A stretch of 64,000 nt of DNA, taken from the human T2T-CHM13v2.0 reference genome, Homo sapiens. This document shows, piece by piece, positions 50,012 through 64,000 of the stretch (positions are counted from its first letter, which is position 1; each line of letters begins with the position of its first letter). Position numbers and translations under genes: made by a program. Location of the stretch: NCBI RefSeq assembly GCF_009914755.1, contig NC_060938.1; one strand, written 5' to 3'. The notes beneath the pieces were generated by a model. It ran no database searches. It worked only from the letters and a program-made list of their open reading frames with translations, and was not told the origin of the DNA.

Positions 50012-50908
50012 GCCTGTGGGGGGAGTGGGAGGGACAGGTAGATTCCTTTTGGTTTCCTGCCAGCCCACTCAATCCCTCACTCTGGGGAGAGCAAGGATAA
50101 ACTGTGTAGGATAAACTCACCCCCAAAGTGGCTAACTGGTAGCTGCAAGGCTGCATATTCCCCAGGCCTGGGCCAGACAGTTCCCATCAAAGGAGAGCCT
50201 GGTGCTGGTAGGGTCTCCCCCAAAGGATGCTTTGTTCACCCATGGAAATAAACACTTCCCCTGGATAGTTACTCCTGGGACTCGAGTGTAATATGGGGTG
50301 TACGTTACTCTTTAACAGGTGACTCCATCCAGGTCATAAAGCTCTTCTGAACTAAGTTCCTGGAAGATAGGCGTTACCACCTCCAGCCCGGGTGTTTATT
50401 AACCACTCCCACGGTGGCCACGGAGCAGCCAGGGGTAGTTGTTGCCAGGACGCTGGGCTCACCTTCTGAACTTTGTCCTGAGAACCAGAGCATGGCGGGC
50501 CACCCTCATCAGCTTTCCCCAAACCAGCAGGGAGTTGGCACAAGACCAGGGGCTTGGCAAGGGTTGCTTTCCTCTGCTGCAGTGAGGAGCCTCCGTTTAA
50601 TCCCCACCTCCCCCCCCTGCAGCCACTTTGAAGGAACTGGAGTGAACACAGGCTCCTGGCAGGGAGGAGGTGTCTAAATCACCAGGCTGGCCTCTGGCAC
50701 CGAGGCCCAAAGCACTCTCACCGCCATTGCCACCCAAACCTGGACTTCCAGACCAGGGCCGCTGGGCTGACAACCATGTGTCAACCTTTAAAGATGAAAT
50801 AAAACTGCATGAAACCGGGAGGTTTAAAAACCAAAATATAAGGGACCCAGATGGGCGTCTCAATGGTGGAGAGAGACAATGAGCAGAGCTGTGGGGAAGG
50901 AAACCCCT

Positions 50909-51041
50909 GAAACCCTGGCCTGTCACGCGGCATGGATCACGGGCGGACACCAGGCCCGAGGGCAGCTCGCACACCCGAAACCCTGGCCTGTCACGCGGCA
51001 TGGATCACGGGTGGACGCCAGGCCCGAGGGCAGCTCGCACA
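50909..51041. repeat. 68-bp tandem duplication
   Basis: gaaaccctggcctgtcacgcggcatggatcacggg(c/t)ggac(a/g)ccaggcccgagggcagctcgcaca at 50909 and 50977. Confidence 0.95.
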
Positions 51042-52426
51042 TAGGCTGGCGGGAGACCTATAGGCTGGTGCCGAAGATGAGCCGGGCCAGTCAGATGTCC
51101 CATTCAGGTTTGGACCATAAACAGAAGAGGGAGGCTCCTTGGAGAAGGGAAATATGGCCAAAAGGTCGTGTGGGTGCCATGGGGCCCCACACAGCATCGT
51201 GACCCTAGTCAGGAGGAGCGGAGCAGCGTAGCAGGGAGCAGGCACGGGGAGGAGAGAGGACAGCTTGGAAATGGGTCAAGGAGGCCCCAGTGAGACACAG
51301 AGCCAAGATCTTCTAGGCCGCTCTGTGTCCAGGGCCAGCCACAGTTCTGGGATCCAGGAGTCCTGGGGCCCACAGTGTCTTCTTGGATCCCCAAAAGATA
51401 CTGTGTCCCGACAGGGCCAACATGGGTAGATCTCAGCTTCTTTTGATCCCCCGTGAGAACATCTTAGAATGGGCGTCTGTGGATACTGGAGTCTGTTCTC
51501 CTTCCAGGCTCCATGGCTGCCTCGGTTCACAGGCTGGGAGATGAGGAGTGGAGTTGGGGCTGTCACTTGCATGAGACGAGGGTGGGCCTGTGTGGCGAGT
51601 ATAGAATCAGTCAAACACTCACCTTCTGATGAACTTAGATCAACTTGTGTTGGCTCAACTGCTGGGCATGTTGGGACCTGAGAGTTGGGTAGGCATGTGG
51701 GGAGAGGTGGGTATAAGCCTGGCTCCTAAAGACAGTGGCAATCTGCCCAAGAGGACTGGTGAGTGCAGGCACAGCTCAGGTGGGAAGGCACACCGGAAGG
51801 GTGTTCTGGTCAGCAGTGACAGCAGCTACATCTTTGTTTTGGTATATATATATGTATATGTACCATATATTGGAGATTGGAGGAGAGTCCCCCCCCCTCC
51901 TGGAGAGAGGGGAGCATGGGGAGAAAGGAAGGATCTCTGAGGCCCAGCTTGATGCTCAGCTCAGGGCAGGAAAATAGCGGGGAAGCCCAGCCTCTTTGCC
52001 TGACACACATGGTGGAGAGGTGGAGGGAGACTGAGGCTGAGCCCAGCCTCCAGGTCTACCAGAAATTGAGTTTAAGACAAGACCAACTGCGCCCCAGGCA
52101 CAGGTAGGGGTGGCTCCTTGAATGCTCCCAGCCATCATCAGGCCTGGAGCAGTGAGCACACAGCCGGGCCTCGCCTCCTGCAGCAGGGCAGGCAGGGCGG
52201 CAGGGGAGGGGAAGGGAGCCCAGCCCCAGGTATGCAGCCTCGGTCTGCGGCTGCTCTCCTCACAACACCTGGAAGCTGGGCCGGGGGGCTTTTCTTCTGA
52301 AGGTGGGTGCACCCTGTGCTGTATTTGGAGGAAAATTCAGCTGTGCTGACTGGGCAGAACTGCGGGTGGTTCAAGTCTTTGCAGAAGGCCTTGCTCCAGG
52401 CTTCCTTCAAAGGCAGGCTCTTTTAG

Positions 52427-52606
52427 GTCAGTGGGCTGCACTTGAGTATGCATCAGAATCTCCTGGAGGGCTCCTGAAACACAGGCCTGGGCCCTATCAC
52501 GGAGGGCCCAAAGCAGGTCTTGGGTGGGGCCCAAGAACCTGCATTTATGACAGGTTCCCAGATGCTGCTGCTGTGGCCCCAGGAAACCCTTTGAGAACTG
52601 CCACTG
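52427..52606. mobile_element. MER5A
   Basis: tgcatcagaatctcctggagggct..gggtggggcccaagaacctgcattt..gatgctgctgctg..ctttgagaac. Confidence 0.8.
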
Positions 52607-53577
52607 CAGGCCATTTCGGTTGGAATTTGATTTGCAAACGTTCACATCTGCAGTTCCTCTTAGAAGGGAAGGCGCCTTCTCAAGCACAAGTGAAACAACT
52701 CTCTCCACCTGCTGGTGTGCTGGTGCTTGGGCTGCGGGGAAGGGATGTGTGTGTGAGGCAGAGGCCCTCAATTCCTCCGGGTGGGGTGGGGAGATGGCCT
52801 GGCAGTACCCATGGCTGGGGGCAGAGCTATCCTGTGGGCCTGGGGAGCCCGCCTGGGTGATGAGACGTGCTGGCACAGGCTCCGCAGCCGGCAGTGCCTC
52901 GTCACAGGGGTGGGCTTCAGAACTGCTTGGGCTGGCATGAGAGGCCGCGGGTGCTGGCTTCCCTGGAAAAGCCACTCAGCTTTGAGACCAGAGAGGAGAT
53001 GCAGACACAAGCCTTCGTCTTCACCCCTTTTCGAAAGAGAGAAAGCCCGAATCTCAACAACAGAGTGTCTCTATCAGTCCCATGGTTGTCCTCAGCCTGG
53101 GGAGAGCCTGAGCCGGCCAGGACAGGCAGCTCCTCCGTGTGGCTCCTTGCGGTCCCCACAGTAGTCGCTTTGTGGGGCAGGGAGAGGCGACGGGCATCCC
53201 GCCAGTCTCCTGGATACTTCAGGACATGGGTAGGCCCACGGTGGTGTTCCCACGCAGTTTTGGGATGTGCAGTCACCTGAAGGCAGCTGATGTGAAGAAG
53301 AGCACGGTGGGTGGTGTGGGCAGGGTGGCAACCCCGGGATTACCTGTGTGCTGCCCACATCCGCCCAGGTGGGGATTCGTGCTCAGGTGGCTTACTGGGG
53401 GGTGCGGAGGAGAGCAGGCTTCTCAATGCTTATGGAAACAGGAGAAGACAAGCAGGAGGTGGGTTTCAGGAGGCGAGTTTCGGCCCAGGTCCTGTTGGTG
53501 CTTGCAGCAGCTTGATCCTAGAGTGTGCCTGGCAGTCAGTGGTCACACGCTGCAACGGGGGAACATGAGCCTCCAGC

Positions 53578-54286
<709 letters not shown>

Positions 54287-54499
54287 TGAGAGTGGCAGGT
54301 GTGGGTCCCAGGCGAAAGAGGTCGACTAAAGAGGAGCTGTTCATCATGGGGTGGGCACTCAGGAAGAGCCAGAGATTCCTGGGCTTGGAGCACCAGCATC
54401 TCAGCATGTTCCGACAGAAGGGGCCTCAAGGTGACTCCCTTTGGGAAGCTTTGGCTTGAACCCACTTTTCCTCCAGCAGCGCAGAGCTTCTCGCTCGCT

Positions 54500-54538
54500 G
54501 GTGTGCACCGGCGCGCTGTCCAGCAGGGGGCGCCACTC
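54500..54538 (+). promoter_or_regulatory. CTCF binding motif
   Basis: CCAGCAGGGGGCGC at 54520-54533 matches CCASYAGRKGGCRS exactly; TGCAC at 54504 near the expected upstream-motif position; local CpG retention. Confidence 0.7.
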
Positions 54539-54747
54539 CCAGGGCCGCTTCCCCGCGGGAGCCCTCCCTTCCTGGCATATCGTGGGAGCAGCGTTCCCTC
54601 CCACACACCTGACTTAGAACCCCCAGAGTTCTCACATGCGAGTCGCACTTGTCTGCTGTATTCTGAGTATATTGTGCTTGCAAATCAATCCTAAGTGAAT
54701 TCTATTTTGAATTCAACCAATGAATGTAACGAAACCTCAATCACTGA

Positions 54748-57745
<2,998 letters not shown>

Positions 57746-58514
57746 ACGTCTCATGTCTGGTCCACCTAACAGGCTTATTTCTATTAATTAACCCAGTGGA
57801 GTCTATGGTAAGCATCAGTATCTTGGAGTTCAGTTATGGGAGACTCATTGCCTCCAGACTGATTAGCTCTGGAGGACAGGCTAAATCAAATTTCTACTCT
57901 GGCAATAGAAAGAGCTACCAGGTTCCTGGACCACAATAGCTGCACTGAGCATGGTCCTTCCCTCTGGCCTGGCCAGGAAGTCAGAAACCATTCTGTCATT
58001 TCCTTGTCATTAGTAATAGAGTAATTGGTAATATATAGTCACTAAAGATATCCCTTACTCTATTTTAGCAAGAGCTAGGAAATTATTTTTTAATTAGCAT
58101 CCTTATTTAATTAAATTCATTAAAAGATATGAGTACCTACCATAAATGCCTGGTCCTTTGTTAGATATCAGGCTTACAAGAGATGAATTCATGTCCTTTA
58201 CATACATCTGCAATTTATCATCTATCCTACAATTGCTTCACAGTTTACTTTATTTTTGGATGATGCAATTTAGGTTCATTACAAATCCATTAGCTATAGA
58301 ATTACAGAGCTGAGAGAGATTCTGGAAGTCTTAATTTAGAGATGAGAAAGCCGAGGCCCAGAGAAGTTACGGAGTTTGCCAGAGGCCACACAGGCAATGA
58401 GCAGTAGCTCCAGCCGGAACCCGAATCCAACCTATGTGAATGATCTCAGGTACAGGGGCACAAATAAGAGGCACAGGCTGTGCACAGGCATTTGCAGAAA
58501 TACATATATATATA

Positions 58515-59069
<555 letters not shown>

Positions 59070-59641
59070 TTAGTATTCCTCTTTTACCACTCCTAATTTT
59101 CATCTGTTCTACAAACACTTATAATATTCCAACTCCAACACGACCTAGTTTACAGTTTTTACTGAGGTGGGAGCAGCATCGTTTACTTCCTCTCCATGGC
59201 CACTGTCCCGAGTATGGCGTGCGCGCCACAAAGTTCAGGAAGCGTGGCTGACCTCTGAGACCCCGACCCTCTTCCTCACGCCTTGCATTTGGTGCCAGCA
59301 GCAGTGGTAGAAGCAGGGCTAGGGAGGCCAGCGCCAGCTGCCGCTTTCTCCTGCAGGGGGAGGGCGAGCTCTGTGGGAGCCTGCAGCCTCCTCACCGCGT
59401 TGTTAGGCGGGTCTTGGCGGGGTTGGGTGAACTGTCTTGGTTGCACGACCTGCTCGGGGTTATTGAAATGGCTAGTGGTGAATAACTCCCTCTCTGAAAT
59501 ACACTTTTTCCCACTCTGTGAAACCCACCTCCTCTGGATGCTGGAGCAAGGATGCCACATCAAACTCTGCCTGCTGCCTGCTCTAATTCGGTCCTGGAGT
59601 CCCAAGGAGCTACCAGTGCAGTGAGTGTAGCTCAGGATGAC

Positions 59642-59973
59642 ATGTTACTCAGCAATGGGCCCAGTGTCTGACACGCATAGAAGCCAACACTATGGCACCA
59701 GCTTTCCAAGAAAGAAAAAAGCTTTATTGCGAGCGGACTGCAAGGAGATGGGAGACAACGCTTAATTCTGCCTCCCTGAGCTGGGGGTGGGTCCAGCTTT
59801 TATGGCATTCCTAGCTGGTCCCAGGTGATGCCAATGTAGCTGGCTGGCCAGGCTGCTGGTAAGGATGAGGAGGTTAAAGTGTTTCCCATTGCCCACGCCT
59901 GGGCAATTCTGGCTCTGCGTCAGCTAATTAACTTAAGCACTGGTTAATTGGCTTGAGCTGGTCCCTTGGTTAC
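59642..59973 (-). mobile_element. ERV1 (MER4-group-like) solo LTR
   Basis: tgtta...ttaca termini; tttatt (AATAAA on the - strand) at ~59723; subfamily not determined. Confidence 0.6.
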
Positions 59974-60089
59974 AATAATGCCAGGGCTGAGGTTTGCTCC
60001 CTGCAGCTCTGAGCTGCCTAAACCTTTGGCTCTTCTTTTGATGGCTTCTAAGACACCCAAATACCAAATGCTCAAATTTGTTTTTTTAA

Positions 60090-61910
<1,821 letters not shown>

Positions 61911-62214
61911 TTAAAAAATAAGTTTTTATTCCTAACTAAATGAGAGTTTTCTGACATTTTCCCTCTAGACTTAGGTGTTCATTAACTCTGGCCTATATTA
62001 CATCATTCTTTAAGAGGGAAAACAAGTGAAAAAGCTGAGACTTCCTTTGTAGTAAGAGACATCAGGGGAGCGGTTGTTGTGAAGAGTGGTGATGAGACAG
62101 TCACTGTCTGACAGAGCCGCCCGCAGAGTCGTTACCTTCATTTCCTGGGGCTGCACAGTGCCAGCTTCTCAAACAGGTATTATAATACTAACACAGGCTT
62201 CCATCACATGGCTT

Positions 62215-62900
<686 letters not shown>

Positions 62901-63149
62901 GAGCAGGTGCTGTGCTTGCTCCAAGGCCCGTGTGCAGCGAGGCCTGATGCTGGCGCCCGTCAGACGGTTCCTAACAGCACAGACGTCCAGGATTGTGTCT
63001 GCCAAGCACTGGCACTGTGTGTCTGCAGGTCTGTTCTCTAGCCTCTGTGTTCAGGGAGTGAAGAGAACGTGTGCTAACCACCGCCGCATCCCCGACGGCA
63101 ACGCACGCCCAGCACAGGTGAAGGAGCTCTCTGAAGCCACGCTGTGGTC

Positions 63150-63350
63150 CGAGTCCCGATTCTGAAGCGGGTCAGATTTTGAATCCTGGCCAACCAGTTA
63201 ACTAGTTGGTTTGTTAGCCAGGTAGTTATCCTCTAGTACAAACTACTTATCCTGTCTGGGCATCCATTTCTTCAGCTGTGAAATGGGGTGATGGTATGGG
63301 CTCACGGGTTATTGTGCAGATAAAAATGAAGCAGACTACGGCCTGGCACC
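63150..63350 (+). mobile_element. MIR
   Basis: catccatttcttcagctgtgaaatggggtgatgg..gggttattgtgcagataaaaatga. Confidence 0.65.
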
Positions 63351-63902
63351 CCGGAACTCGGGATCCGTTAGCTTGACAGAGACAACTCCCTTGAGGGTGG
63401 CAGGAAGCACACCCTCCAAAGCCTCTGGTTGGGGTGCGTGTACCCCTGGGATACAGTGACAATCAAGAAGAAACACCATGCCTTCTCCTAGAGTCTCATC
63501 TGAGGCTAACTTAGAGCACGTTGTTTAAAATGACACCTTCAGCTGCCTGTGAGCCACTTCCTCTCCTCCCAGCCTTTGTCGTTACTCTGCAGCACAGCTG
63601 AGCACTGCATTAAGTCAGAGCAGCACGAATGCGTAGGCTTTGGGACAAAAAGCCTCTGGGATTCCTTCCTGAACTGGCCCTGCCCACTCCCGTGGCTCTC
63701 TGTGCATACCTCTTGCCCATTGGCACCGCCCTCCAAATGCTCCTTTCAACAGATCCTCCTGGCCCCGTGCTCCTCGCCCACGGGGAAGCCCAGGTGACAT
63801 TCTCTAGCTCCACCTACAGGCTGCCTTCGGGACAAGACCTGGTTGTTTCCAAAACCCCGAGGGATTCAGTGTGTGAGTGAGTTCTGGGATAGCAAATGCA
63901 AT

Positions 63903-64000
63903 TATTTTTTGTTTTCTTTTTGAGACAGGGTCTCGTTCTGTCGCCCATGCTGGAATGCAGTGGTGTGATCTTGGCTCACTGCAGTCTCGACCTAAGCTCA
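63903..64000 (-). mobile_element. Alu (truncated by the window edge)
   Basis: tttgagacagggtctc...ggctcactgcag. Confidence 0.9.

Noticed and set aside
48312-50100. VNTR ORFs as a real protein-coding gene
   Set aside because: Unit length is not a multiple of 3, all frames are equally open, and there is no promoter or splice support
57797-57807. Possible 11-nt microexon (cag|TGGAGTCTATG|gtaagc)
   Set aside because: Weak polypyrimidine tract and no neighbouring exons identified
63190-63209. 20-bp near-perfect palindrome ccaaccagttaactagttgg
   Set aside because: Isolated, lies in a MIR, and has no supporting context

Overview
Primate genomic DNA, human or a close ape, judged by AluJ/S/Y, MIR, L2, L1PA/L1M, MaLR/ERV LTRs and MER5A. 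It is GC-rich and very Alu-dense (roughly 60 Alu pieces). I recognise no protein-coding exon, tRNA/rRNA/snRNA gene or processed pseudogene, so the window looks intergenic or regulatory. I cannot assign the locus from sequence alone. Main landmarks: the tail of a CpG island at 1-~830; a second, smaller CpG island with a triple GC-box at ~23.8-24.5 kb; a ~1.37-kb 32-bp-unit VNTR (48645-50011); smaller tandem repeats (23 bp x3, 35 bp x6, 68 bp x2, a GGAT/GGGT tract); several solo LTRs; and a consensus CTCF site at 54520, where the unique sequence changes from GC-rich to AT-rich. The long ORFs are explained by Alu, the VNTR, simple repeats or GC-richness. I see no convincing new biological system. 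The best second-look items are rearranged or mosaic repeats (inverted MLT1 head, L1/Alu mosaic, arm-switched Alus), a diverged ~100-bp local duplication, the motif-bearing VNTRs and candidate regulatory clusters. Repeat family names come from recalled consensus sequences, not a database search, and boundaries are approximate.
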